Shown here piece after piece: positions 30,201-37,911 of a stretch of 64,000 bases of DNA. Each line of letters starts with the position of its first letter. Position 1 is the first letter of the stretch. Made by a program: the position numbers and the translations under genes. The notes below the pieces were generated by a model. That model saw nothing but the letters and a program-made list of their open reading frames with translations. It was not told where the DNA came from and made no database searches. The DNA is from Vicinamibacterales bacterium (GTDB lineage: Bacteria; Acidobacteriota; Vicinamibacteria; Vicinamibacterales; UBA2999). The stretch lies in contig JBFWUM010000012.1 in the NCBI GenBank assembly GCA_050247255.1, positions 22,716-86,715 of the forward strand. Reading direction: 5' to 3'.

Positions 30201-30526
30201 ATCTTCAGCGCCGTCGTGTGCCTGAGCGCGGTGATCAGCAGGCTCTTCGACGGATCGCCGGGCACGATGGCCGGGCCCGACTTGCCGCCGGTCAGCAGGC
30301 CCTCGCGCGAATCGAGCCGGAGCCCGCCCATCGCCGTCGGGCCGTGACAGCTCGAGCAGCTCTGGGCCAGGACCGGGCGGACGTTCTTTTCGAAGAACTC
30401 CGTCTGTGTCGGCGTCGGTGCCGGTGCAGCCGTCGCCCCCTGCGACGACTGTGCGGTGAGCGCCCCGGTGTAGACGAACAGCGCCAGCGGCAGCAGTGCC
30501 GCCAGCGCAGTGAGAAACCGTGTCAT
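27299..30526 (-). CDS. PSCyt1/PSCyt2(DUF1549)/PSD1(DUF1553) multidomain protein (planctomycete-type cytochrome c domains)
   Basis: 1075 aa with a signal peptide and two FFEKNVRPVLAQSCSSCHG / IRPVLAQQCFACHG haem-like CxxCH modules, followed by long DUF1549/DUF1553-like regions. It has the canonical pairing with a downstream DUF1501 gene. Confidence 0.85.
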   Translation of the reverse strand: MTRFLTALAALLPLALFVYTGALTAQSSQGATAAPAPTPTQTEFFEKNVRPVLAQSCSSCHGPTAMGGLRLDSREGLLTGGKSGPAIVPGDPSKSLLITALRHTTALKMPLGADKLSDATIAGLEAWIADGAAWPEVQAGTKPEAVLSDQFETHIRPVLAQQCFACHGAQKSGGLRLDSRAGLLEGGASGPAIVPGDPDRSLIIAALKHSGTLRMPKGGTRLTEEQIAFFVTWVKDGAYWPVDTTPQKTYSDEQKNLWSVQLLGTHQPPAVKDAAWPITDIDRFVLARLEKEGLKPTTTADRRTLLRRVTYDLTGLMPTYEEVQAFENDQSPDAWEKVVDRLLASPRYGERWARHWMDVARYGEEDYNVGGRPDRTEKYPFAYLYRDWLIRALNDDMPYDMFVKAQLAADLLPDRIRDSHLPALGFHGNGIWIFQASPAPIERADEWHDKVDVTSKAFMGVTVGCARCHDHKYDAIYSKDYYGMASIFASSNFKSYPRVPKSVADEWEKENKVLEKKQADLRQFLEDASDVYAQVLFSQAEAYMVAAWKLGKEKKATVEDIAEEAKLDPELLRRWERFLKKRPDNYSALKTWQEMVSLGGTEEQAKKLAAEFVATVAEVNEKYLKLSKENEILLASVKDDKDPADPLPNGKKRRLNNYQIDLKSLDREEQLLWRDVFDRDVPEATAEDMDDNARPVPGVLKLTGGALERRLSADFRLHIDRQRADIEAFRKAMPPRPPAIYGIGEAEQPSDLKVFTRGNPYTFGVDAPRGFPSILNRGQAKVYTEGSGRLQLAEDIIAHPISARVIVNRVWRWHFGRGIVDTPSNFGMAGDRPTHPELLDFLAAKFIADGRSFKKLHKDILMSRTYQLSAAPIAANVGRDPSNTLYWRANRQRIDSEGVWDLLLQTSGELDLSGIGGPSADLDDKMKRRAVYAKVSRMYPADFHATFDLPTATISTEKRYTTNVPQQRLFFLNSALVQRQADRIADSLETAGTPQAKVTQAFERIYQRRPTPEELSVSMAFIDKPPQADTPPPVPQAEQGADGTDAKDAPKRLPDSPLRSFAWALISSNEFLFID

Positions 30527-30545
30527 CCGATGCTCCCCCTTGTCC

Positions 30546-33500
30546 CTAGAACTCGTAGCGAAGCGCGAACTGCATCACGCGGGCGGGCGCCGCCGCGGTG
30601 AACTGGCCGAAGGTCGCCGGCGAGTTGGCGTCGAGCGAGATGCGCGTGAAGTTCACGTTGTTGAAGGCGTTGAACGCCTCGGCCCGGAACTGAATCCGGT
30701 GGCGGTTCGGCAGCGTCACCGACTTGGTCAGCGAGATGTCGGCGTTGACGTAGTCGTCGAGCCGCACCGCGGCGCGGGTGCCGACCTCGCCCGGCAGCAT
30801 CGGCAGCCAGTTGGCCGCCGCCTCCTGCGGGTCGGCGAAGATGCCCGGCTGCCCGTTCGCGTTCATCTGCACCTGCGCCTCCTCGTCACCGGTGGCGTAG
30901 GCGAGCGTCGTGAACGAGAAGTTGGTCGGCCACAGGCCGCTGTAGGCAACCGCCGACGGCAGCGCCGAGCGGTAGCGGAAGATCGTCGACAGCTGCCAGC
31001 CGCCGACCAGCCCGTCGAGGATCGGGCCGGCGTTGCCGAGCAGCGGCTTGCCGCGGCCGAACGGCAGCTCGAGCAGGACGTTGCTGTTGATGTTGTGGCG
31101 GACGTCGAAGTCCGAGTCCCCGTAGAACGAGTCGAGGTCGTACGGGTTCAGCATCAGGCCGCCGGCGCTGCCGCCGCCCGATTCGGGGGCGCCACCGTTG
31201 TCCATCGCGTGCGCCAGTGTGTAGTTGACGTCGAACGAGACACCGGCGCTGAACGATTTGCGCAGCGACACCAGCAGCGCGTTGAAGTTCGAGTAGCCGG
31301 CGTTGGTCCACATCGACATGCCGCTGCTCTGCGTCGGATACATCGTGTAGCAGCCGGTGGCGATGATGCAGTTGGGGTACGCCGCCGACTTCACCCGGTC
31401 GATGGCGTGTACCGCGTCGGCGTCCGAGCCGCCGAACTGCCCCCAGATCAGGTCGTAGTAGTTCGCCGTCGCGCTGCCGGAGAAGAACATGTTGGCCAGC
31501 GCCGGCGCCTGGTTCTCGATCCACGGGATCGGCGTCACCAGCGACGGGTTGGCGCGGACCTGTGCCGGCGTGATGCCGGCGTCGTGGACGGCGCGGATGG
31601 CGTGCGCCATCTCCTTCCAGGTCTGCCCGGAGGCCTGGTCCTTGAACAGAATCGACCAGCCGCCGGCGTCGGTCTGCATCAGCAGGTCACGCGACCAACG
31701 CCCCATGTAACCGACCTCCGCCGACAGCCCGCCGCGCAGCTCGCGCGCTACCGAGACGTTGGCGTTGAACGAATACGGCGCGTGCAGCGTCGAGTCGATG
31801 CCCATGTAGTTGCCGCCGATGAAGTTGACCTCCGGCGGCGTGAACGGGAAGGCGTGGACGGTAGCCGCGGGAATCAGCGGCGTCGTCCCGCTGTAGCGCG
31901 TGCCGGTGGTGAAGTTCACCGACGACGACCGCACCACCTCCGACAGGCCGAACGAGGCGCTGTTGTCGAACTGCGTCACCAGGTCGCTGCCGAAGCGGTC
32001 GTAGGTCAGTCCGGCGCCGGCGCGGATGACGCCGCCGCTGCCGGTCAGCTTCGAGAGAAACCCGCCTTCCGGCGTGTAGGCGATGGCCACGCGCGGGGCA
32101 AAGTTGTTGTGATCCGCGCCGTACCAGCTGGCCTTGCCATTCGCGGGGCCGATGAAGTCGTACGACAGCAGGCTGTTGGTCATCTGGTTCATCGGCAGGC
32201 CGGCATCCATCGCCGCCAGCCGCTCCTGCCAGAACTCCTGCAACGGGAAGGTCGGCGCCACCTGCAGCCCGCTGGTCTCGTAGGGCACGCCGAGGTTGAC
32301 GTAGCGCACGCCGTAGGTCAGCGTCAGGTTCGGCGTCATGCGCCAGTTGTCGCCGAAGTAGAGCTCGAACTCGTTGCTGGCAAACGTCCGCGTCGTCGGC
32401 TCGCCGATGGCCAGCGGGTTGCCGAGCCCGTCGTAGCTGTAGGTCATCGAGGCGCCGGTGACGATGCCGAACAGGTCGAGGAACGCCCGGCTCACCGAGT
32501 TCGCGTCCGCCAGCCGGATGCCCGGGCCGTAGGTGGCCGCCAGGTAGTTGTTGGCGAGCGCGGTGATGTCCGAGCCGAGGCCGAGCAGCGAGCCGCGATT
32601 GATCGAGATGCTCGGGAAGGCGTTGCTGTAGTTCGTCCGCGTGTTGCGGATGAACCGCAGGTTGCCGCCCATCGTCATCGTGTGCGTCCCCTTGGTCCAG
32701 GTGAGGTCGTTGACGATGTTGTAGGTCGGTGCCTCGCGCTCGAACGGCCGCGTGTAGTCGTTGAGGGCGGCGACGCTGTCCATCGAGAACGACGGGCCGA
32801 CCTGGCCGGTCTGCGACAGCCGGACGTTGGTCAGGCCGAAGTTCGTGACGTTGACCAGGTTCGAGGCGAGGACGCCGGTGTAGGCAGCCGAGACGCCATA
32901 GCTCTTGTTGAGCGCCACCGACGCCGCGTCCTGGCCGGGGAACTGCGCCAGCACGCGATCCTCGGAGTTATCGGCGAACGTCGCGCGCACCGAGAGGTTG
33001 TGCGCGCTCTGGTTGTCGAGCTTGACGTCGAACTTCATCACGTAGGCGCGGTTGTCGAGCGTCAGCGGCGCGTTGAAGCGGTAACCGGCGAAATTGAGGC
33101 CGACGTCACGGCCGAGCGAGGGATCGTTCCCTTCCGGCAGCGCGTTGAGAATCGCCAGCATCGCCGGGTTGACGCCGAGCCCGAGTGGGTCAATGGCCTT
33201 GATGGCGTCCGGACCGAGGGCGTAGGTCTGACCGTTGGTGGCGCGGGCCATGATGATCCCCTGCCGCAGCGTGTCGGAGCCGACGTTGCGCGTCTCGCCA
33301 CGGGCGCTGTCGTCGGTGCGCCGCTCGAAATTGCCGAAGAAGAAGACGCGGTCGCGCACAATCGGGCCGCCGAGCGACACGCCGTACTGGTTGCGCTTGA
33401 GCTGCTCCTTCGGGATGCCCGCACGGTTGTTGAACCAGGTGTTCGAGGAGAACTTCGTGTCGCGGTTGTACTCGTAGCCCGACCCGTGGAACTGATTGGT

Positions 33501-34259
33501 GCCGCTCTTGGTGACCAGCGATACCTGGCCGCCGGAGCTGCGTCCCTGGTTGGCGTTCTGCCCGCCGACGGTGACGCGGAACTCCTGCACAGAATCGAGC
33601 GGCACCGGCAGCACGGCGTTGAACCCGCTCTCGCGCTGCTGGCCGGTGTTCAGGCCGCCCTGCTGGCCGTTGCCATCCGCGGCCTGGAGGCCTGCGGTCT
33701 GGTTGTCGTTGATGTCGACGCCGTCGAGGGTGATGTTGTTCTGGTCGCGGCGCGCGCCGACCACTTCGCCGGTCGGCGTCACCCCGGGCTGCAGGCTGAG
33801 CAGCTCGACGACGTTGCGCGTCAGCAGCGGCAGCGCCCGCACCTGCAGTTCGTTGAAGGCGTTGCCGACCGAGGCGTCGACCGTGTTGATCGTCTGGATC
33901 GTCGCCTCGACGCTGACCGTTTCCGCCAGGCCGGCGAGCTCGAGCCGCACGTCGGCGGTCGCCGGCGTGTTCACCTGCAGCGTGACCGCACTCGACGCGG
34001 TCTGGAAGCCCTGCAGCTCCGCTGTCAGCGTATAGGTCCCGGGCGGCACCTGGAGGAACTGGTAGTTGCCCGTTTCGTCGGTGTAGACCGTGCGCGAGAA
34101 CGACGTCTGCTCGTTGACGAGCGTCAGCGTCACGCCCGGGATGGCGGCGGCCTGCGCATCGCCAACCTTGCCTCTCAGCGAGGAAGTGGCCTGCGCGAAC
34201 GCCGACACCGTGATCGACAGGACAACGGCGGCGAGTACAAGGATCCGGCTGCGGTGCAT
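30546..34259 (-). CDS. TonB-dependent receptor with N-terminal carboxypeptidase-regulatory-like domain
   Basis: Start ATG 34259 (GGAGG 10 nt upstream). Signal MHRSRILVLAAVVLSITVSAFAQ, CarboxypepD_reg pattern GVTLTLVNEQT..TDETGNYQFLQVPPGTYTLTAELQGFQ, and a C-terminal aromatic ..ALRYEF. Confidence 0.85.
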   Translation of the reverse strand: MHRSRILVLAAVVLSITVSAFAQATSSLRGKVGDAQAAAIPGVTLTLVNEQTSFSRTVYTDETGNYQFLQVPPGTYTLTAELQGFQTASSAVTLQVNTPATADVRLELAGLAETVSVEATIQTINTVDASVGNAFNELQVRALPLLTRNVVELLSLQPGVTPTGEVVGARRDQNNITLDGVDINDNQTAGLQAADGNGQQGGLNTGQQRESGFNAVLPVPLDSVQEFRVTVGGQNANQGRSSGGQVSLVTKSGTNQFHGSGYEYNRDTKFSSNTWFNNRAGIPKEQLKRNQYGVSLGGPIVRDRVFFFGNFERRTDDSARGETRNVGSDTLRQGIIMARATNGQTYALGPDAIKAIDPLGLGVNPAMLAILNALPEGNDPSLGRDVGLNFAGYRFNAPLTLDNRAYVMKFDVKLDNQSAHNLSVRATFADNSEDRVLAQFPGQDAASVALNKSYGVSAAYTGVLASNLVNVTNFGLTNVRLSQTGQVGPSFSMDSVAALNDYTRPFEREAPTYNIVNDLTWTKGTHTMTMGGNLRFIRNTRTNYSNAFPSISINRGSLLGLGSDITALANNYLAATYGPGIRLADANSVSRAFLDLFGIVTGASMTYSYDGLGNPLAIGEPTTRTFASNEFELYFGDNWRMTPNLTLTYGVRYVNLGVPYETSGLQVAPTFPLQEFWQERLAAMDAGLPMNQMTNSLLSYDFIGPANGKASWYGADHNNFAPRVAIAYTPEGGFLSKLTGSGGVIRAGAGLTYDRFGSDLVTQFDNSASFGLSEVVRSSSVNFTTGTRYSGTTPLIPAATVHAFPFTPPEVNFIGGNYMGIDSTLHAPYSFNANVSVARELRGGLSAEVGYMGRWSRDLLMQTDAGGWSILFKDQASGQTWKEMAHAIRAVHDAGITPAQVRANPSLVTPIPWIENQAPALANMFFSGSATANYYDLIWGQFGGSDADAVHAIDRVKSAAYPNCIIATGCYTMYPTQSSGMSMWTNAGYSNFNALLVSLRKSFSAGVSFDVNYTLAHAMDNGGAPESGGGSAGGLMLNPYDLDSFYGDSDFDVRHNINSNVLLELPFGRGKPLLGNAGPILDGLVGGWQLSTIFRYRSALPSAVAYSGLWPTNFSFTTLAYATGDEEAQVQMNANGQPGIFADPQEAAANWLPMLPGEVGTRAAVRLDDYVNADISLTKSVTLPNRHRIQFRAEAFNAFNNVNFTRISLDANSPATFGQFTAAAPARVMQFALRYEF

Positions 34260-34327
34260 CGAGAGGAACCTCCGAAATAGCAAAACGGCGAATGGACGGA
34301 TGCCAGTCCGCGGATGCCGGCGTGTGG

Positions 34328-34343
34328 TGCAAGCGAAATGCCC
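34328..34343 (-). promoter_or_regulatory. Candidate sigma-54 promoter (-24/-12) of the TonB-receptor-to-allophanate-hydrolase array
   Basis: Minus strand reads GGGCAT-TTCGC-TTGCA (consensus TGGCAC-N5-TTGCW, correct GG-N10-GC spacing). The -12 element is ~68 nt upstream of ATG 34259. Confidence 0.5.
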
Positions 34344-34432
34344 CGCGTCGCACACGCGCCCGTGGCCGGATAAGTCGTTGTCGCAACGACGGTTGTCGCG
34401 CGGCGCGCCCGCGCGATCGAAGCCTGCGCGTG

Positions 34433-34448
34433 CGAACACAAATGTTCG
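34433..34448. promoter_or_regulatory. Palindrome CGAACA-CAAA-TGTTCG; candidate enhancer (UAS) site
   Basis: Perfect 6-4-6 dyad ~100 bp upstream of the -24 element at 34343. A near-identical GAACA-N4-TGTTCG with a similar GC-rich flank occurs at 49496-49510, at a similar distance from a second sigma-54-type promoter. Confidence 0.4.
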
Positions 34449-34632
34449 TCGGCGCGGCGAACGACACATCGATGTTGGAATTCGATCTCGCGCGGACGGC
34501 GGCGGCGGCGACGGCGACGCGCGGCGATGCGGTATCTGCCGGCGGCGACGGACACTTCTGTCGATGCGACGCGCGCGCGGGCACACATTCGTCTGTAGCC
34601 TGCGGTGCGCAGAGACGCGATACTGCGTCGCG

Positions 34633-36819
34633 ATGCGTCGTCATGCCCGCCGTGCCCTGACCCTCACACTCACCCTCGCCCTGACCGCGATCGCCTGCGC
34701 CGACGCGCTCGCCCAGTCGATGACCGTTCGCGCCGTCCGACTCGGCGAACCGCTGCGCATCGACGGCGCGCTCGACGAGCCGCTGTACCGCGAGACCGAG
34801 CCGATGACCGGGTTCGTCCAGATCGAGCCCGACGCCGGCGCCCGCGCCACCGAGCGCACCGATGCCTGGGTGGCCTTCGACGGCGGCTACGTCTACGTGA
34901 GCTTTCGCGTGTGGGACTCGCAGATGGATCGCCTGGTCGCGACCGAGATGCGCCGCGACAACGGCAACATCTGGTCGGGCAACGACATCGTCGTGTTCGT
35001 CTTCGACACGTTCAACGATCGGCGCAGCTCGATCTCGTTCACGGTGAATGCGATCGGCGGCCGCTCCGACGGGCAGGTGATCAACGAGCGGCAATACAAC
35101 GCCGACTGGAACCCGGTATGGGCGCTCGAGACCGGCCGCTTCGACGGCGGCTGGACGCTGGAGGCGGCGCTCCCCTTCAAGTCGCTGCGCTACCAGCCGG
35201 GGCCGGAACAGGTGTGGGGATTCAACGCCATGCGCGTGAAGCGCTCGCGCAACGAGACCTCGACGCTGTCGCCGGTGCCGCCGTCACAGGGCGCCCAGGG
35301 CGTCGAGCAGCCGGTCTTCGCCGCGCAGCTGCTCGGCATCGAGGCACCGCCGCAGGGGCCGGCCATCGACGTCAAGCCGTATGTCTCGTCTGCCCTGGCC
35401 AGCGGGCGCGACGGCCGCGCCGAGGCCGGCCTCGACGTCAAGTACGGGATCACCCGCAACCTGACGGCGGACGTCACGGTGAACACCGACTTCGCGCAGG
35501 TCGAGGCGGACCAGCAGCAGATCAACCTGACCCGCTTCAGCCTCTTCTTCCCGGAGAAGCGCGAGGTCTTCCTCGAGAACCAGGGCACGTTCTCGTTCGG
35601 CGGGGTCGCGGTCGGCAGCCTCAACGCCGGCCAGTCGGACGCGCCGATCCTCTTCTACAGCCGGCGCATCGGCCTGCACGAGGGACGGGAGGTGCCGATC
35701 CGCGGCGGCGCCCGGCTCACCGGCCGCGCCGGCCGCTACACCATCGGCGCCGTCAGCATCCAGTCCGACGACGAGCCGGTCGCCGGCGCCGCCGCGTCGC
35801 ACGCCACCGTGGCCAGGCTCAAACGCGACGTGTTCGGCCGCAGCAGCATCGGGGTGATGGCGACGCGACGCGCCTCGGCGGGAGCCGACCAGCTCGCCTA
35901 CGGCGTCGACGGCACGTTCGCCTTCTTCCAGAACCTGCAGCTGAACACCTACTGGGCCCGCACGGAGGCGGCGGCCGGCGTCAGCCGGCCCGACAACACC
36001 AGCTACCGCGCGCAGCTCGAATACACCGGCGATCGCTACGGGCTGCAGATCGAGCGGCTTGGCATCGGCCGCGACTTCGCCCCGGAGGTCGGCTACGTCC
36101 GCCGCGCCGACATGTTCCGCAGCCTGGCGCAGGTGCGCGTCAGTCCGAGGGCCCGGGCCGGAAGCGCCATCCGCAAGTACGTCTACCAGGCGACGCTCGA
36201 CTACGTGGAGAACGGCGCCGGCACGCTCGAAACCCGCACCCGCAGCGCCGAGTTCGTCCTGGACTTCCGCAACGCCGACCGGCTGGGGGCGCTCTACACC
36301 AACAGCTACGAGTACCTGCCGCGGCCGTTTGCCATCGGCGGCGGCCTCACGCTGCCGACCGGCGAGTACGCGTTCGACACGGTGCGGCTCAACTACAACA
36401 TGGGCCAGCAGCGGGCGGTGTCGGCGAATCTGTCGCTGGAGCACGGCACGTTCTACAGCGGCCGCAAGACGTCGGTGAGCATCGCGCGCGGCCGCATCCC
36501 GGTCACGACGCAGATGTCGGTGGAGCCGACCTATTCCTACAACCGTGTCGCGCTGGCGGAGGGACGCTTCTCGACGCATCTGGCCGGCACCCGCGTCACC
36601 TACACCGCGACGCCGCTGATGTTCGTGAGCGCGCTCGTGCAGTACAACGCCGGCACCCGCACCACGTCGACCAACGCGCGCCTGCGCTGGGAATATCAGC
36701 CGGGCAGCGAGCTGTTCGTCGTCTTCAACGAGGAACGCGAACAGCAGCGCACCGGCGTCCTGCCCGGCGCGGCGCATCGATCGTTCATCGTGAAAGTGAA
36801 TCGGCTGTTCCGCTTCTGA
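34633..36819 (+). CDS. DUF5916 / CBM9-like domain outer-membrane protein
   Basis: Start ATG 34633. Signal MRRHARRALTLTLTLALTAIACADALAQ. The N-terminal LRIDGALDEPLYRE..WVAFDGGYVYVSFRVWD is CBM9/DOMON-like, and the long beta-rich C-terminal part ends in ..VKVNRLFRF (terminal Phe). Confidence 0.75.
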   Translation: MRRHARRALTLTLTLALTAIACADALAQSMTVRAVRLGEPLRIDGALDEPLYRETEPMTGFVQIEPDAGARATERTDAWVAFDGGYVYVSFRVWDSQMDRLVATEMRRDNGNIWSGNDIVVFVFDTFNDRRSSISFTVNAIGGRSDGQVINERQYNADWNPVWALETGRFDGGWTLEAALPFKSLRYQPGPEQVWGFNAMRVKRSRNETSTLSPVPPSQGAQGVEQPVFAAQLLGIEAPPQGPAIDVKPYVSSALASGRDGRAEAGLDVKYGITRNLTADVTVNTDFAQVEADQQQINLTRFSLFFPEKREVFLENQGTFSFGGVAVGSLNAGQSDAPILFYSRRIGLHEGREVPIRGGARLTGRAGRYTIGAVSIQSDDEPVAGAAASHATVARLKRDVFGRSSIGVMATRRASAGADQLAYGVDGTFAFFQNLQLNTYWARTEAAAGVSRPDNTSYRAQLEYTGDRYGLQIERLGIGRDFAPEVGYVRRADMFRSLAQVRVSPRARAGSAIRKYVYQATLDYVENGAGTLETRTRSAEFVLDFRNADRLGALYTNSYEYLPRPFAIGGGLTLPTGEYAFDTVRLNYNMGQQRAVSANLSLEHGTFYSGRKTSVSIARGRIPVTTQMSVEPTYSYNRVALAEGRFSTHLAGTRVTYTATPLMFVSALVQYNAGTRTTSTNARLRWEYQPGSELFVVFNEEREQQRTGVLPGAAHRSFIVKVNRLFRF

Positions 36820-37048
36820 GCGGGTCGGCCGGCGGGAGAAGCATCCGGCTGGCGGGAACGCCCCGCCAGCCGGTGCCCGTTGGAGGAGAGATACGCGTTA
36901 CATGAACGCGCGGGACGTCTCTCCAGAGAGCAAGCCGACTGCCACCTTCGGCCGTGACGGCCGGACACCACATTTCAGGCGTTTTTCCGATTGTTTTCGG
37001 TGTTTTCCCGCCGGTGCGGGTTCCCGCGGAACGCCGACAGAAACGTGG
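36703..37048 (+). repeat. 346-bp direct repeat, copy A (last 117 nt of the DUF5916 gene + 229 nt downstream)
   Basis: 344/346 identical to 53189-53534 at a constant offset of 16486. The mismatches are at 36725 and 37001. Weaker similarity continues ~45 nt further. Confidence 0.9.
36845..36873 (+). terminator. GC-rich hairpin downstream of the DUF5916 gene (no U-tract)
   Basis: CCGGCTGGCGGG-aacgc-CCCGCCAGCCGG, a 12-bp perfect stem 26 nt after the stop codon. Duplicated at 53331-53359. Confidence 0.4.
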
Positions 37049-37095
37049 TAATCGCTGGCTGCCCGCACAAAGACGAAAGATCGCCCGGCACACCG

Positions 37096-37911
37096 TCAGA
37101 ACATGCGCAGCGCCGTCACCGCGAGAAAGACGGCGAAGACGCGTCGCAGGTACCGGGTATCGAGTCGGTGGGCCAGCCGCGCTCCATACGGCGCGAGCAG
37201 CGTCGAGGTCGGAAAGATCAGGGCGAAGCCGATCAGGCTGACATAGCCCACGCTGAAGGGCGGCAGGCGCGGCGCGTTCCACCCGGCAATGGCAAACCCG
37301 ACGGCGCCGGGCACGCCGATGAGGAACCCGATGGCCGCCGCCGTGCCAATGGCGCGGTGGATCGGGTACCCGAAGAGCGACAGGAGCGGGACGCTGAGCG
37401 TCCCGCCGCCGATCCCCATCATCGCCGAGAGCGCGCCGATGACGCCGGCGATGATCGCCCGGACTCCACCGCGGGGCAGTTGTTGGGCCACCCGCCACTC
37501 TGCCCGCCCCAGCCCCATGTACCCGGCGACCACGAGCGCAGCGCAGGCGAACACCAGGGTCAGGACCCGGCCGCGGACCGCGCCGGCCACGGCGGTGCCA
37601 ACGAGCACTCCGCCGAGGATCCATGGACCCCACTGGCGCAGCAGGCCGACATCGACCGCCCCGCGCCGATGGTGCGCCCGCACCGACGACGCCGAGGTCG
37701 CGATGATGGTCGCCAGCGAGGTGCCCACGGCCAGGTGCATACGCACCCCTTCGTCGACGCCCATCGAGGTGAACAGGGTCCACAGGACCGGCACGAGCAC
37801 GATGCCGCCGCCGACCCCCAGGAGCCCGGCGGTCACGCCGGCCACCGCACCGGCACCGAGCAACACCAGCACGAGCGGGAACACCTGCTCGACGCCCCAA
37901 GGCGAGGGCAT
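37096..37911 (-). CDS. TauE/SafE family sulfite/anion exporter
   Basis: Start ATG 37911 (shares 1 nt with the upstream stop). 271 aa, ~8 TM, with two LGVGGG / MGIGGG repeats characteristic of TauE/SafE. Confidence 0.85.
   Translation of the reverse strand: MPSPWGVEQVFPLVLVLLGAGAVAGVTAGLLGVGGGIVLVPVLWTLFTSMGVDEGVRMHLAVGTSLATIIATSASSVRAHHRRGAVDVGLLRQWGPWILGGVLVGTAVAGAVRGRVLTLVFACAALVVAGYMGLGRAEWRVAQQLPRGGVRAIIAGVIGALSAMMGIGGGTLSVPLLSLFGYPIHRAIGTAAAIGFLIGVPGAVGFAIAGWNAPRLPPFSVGYVSLIGFALIFPTSTLLAPYGARLAHRLDTRYLRRVFAVFLAVTALRMF

Noticed and set aside
19929-34632. Guanidine (ykkC-type) riboswitch upstream of the carboxylase/DUF1989 genes or of the array.
   Set aside because: The carboxylase-proximal junctions overlap and leave no leader. 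By eye, the 373-nt region upstream of the array lacks the conserved ykkC elements I can recall. This was not tested with a covariance model.
36954-37241. ORF MTAGHHISGVFPIVFGVFPPVRVPAERRQKRGNR... present in both repeat copies (also at 53440-53676), suggesting a conserved small protein.
   Set aside because: The shared N-terminus is just a consequence of nucleotide-level duplication. The two ORFs diverge right after the repeat ends, have no RBS, and are Arg-rich.
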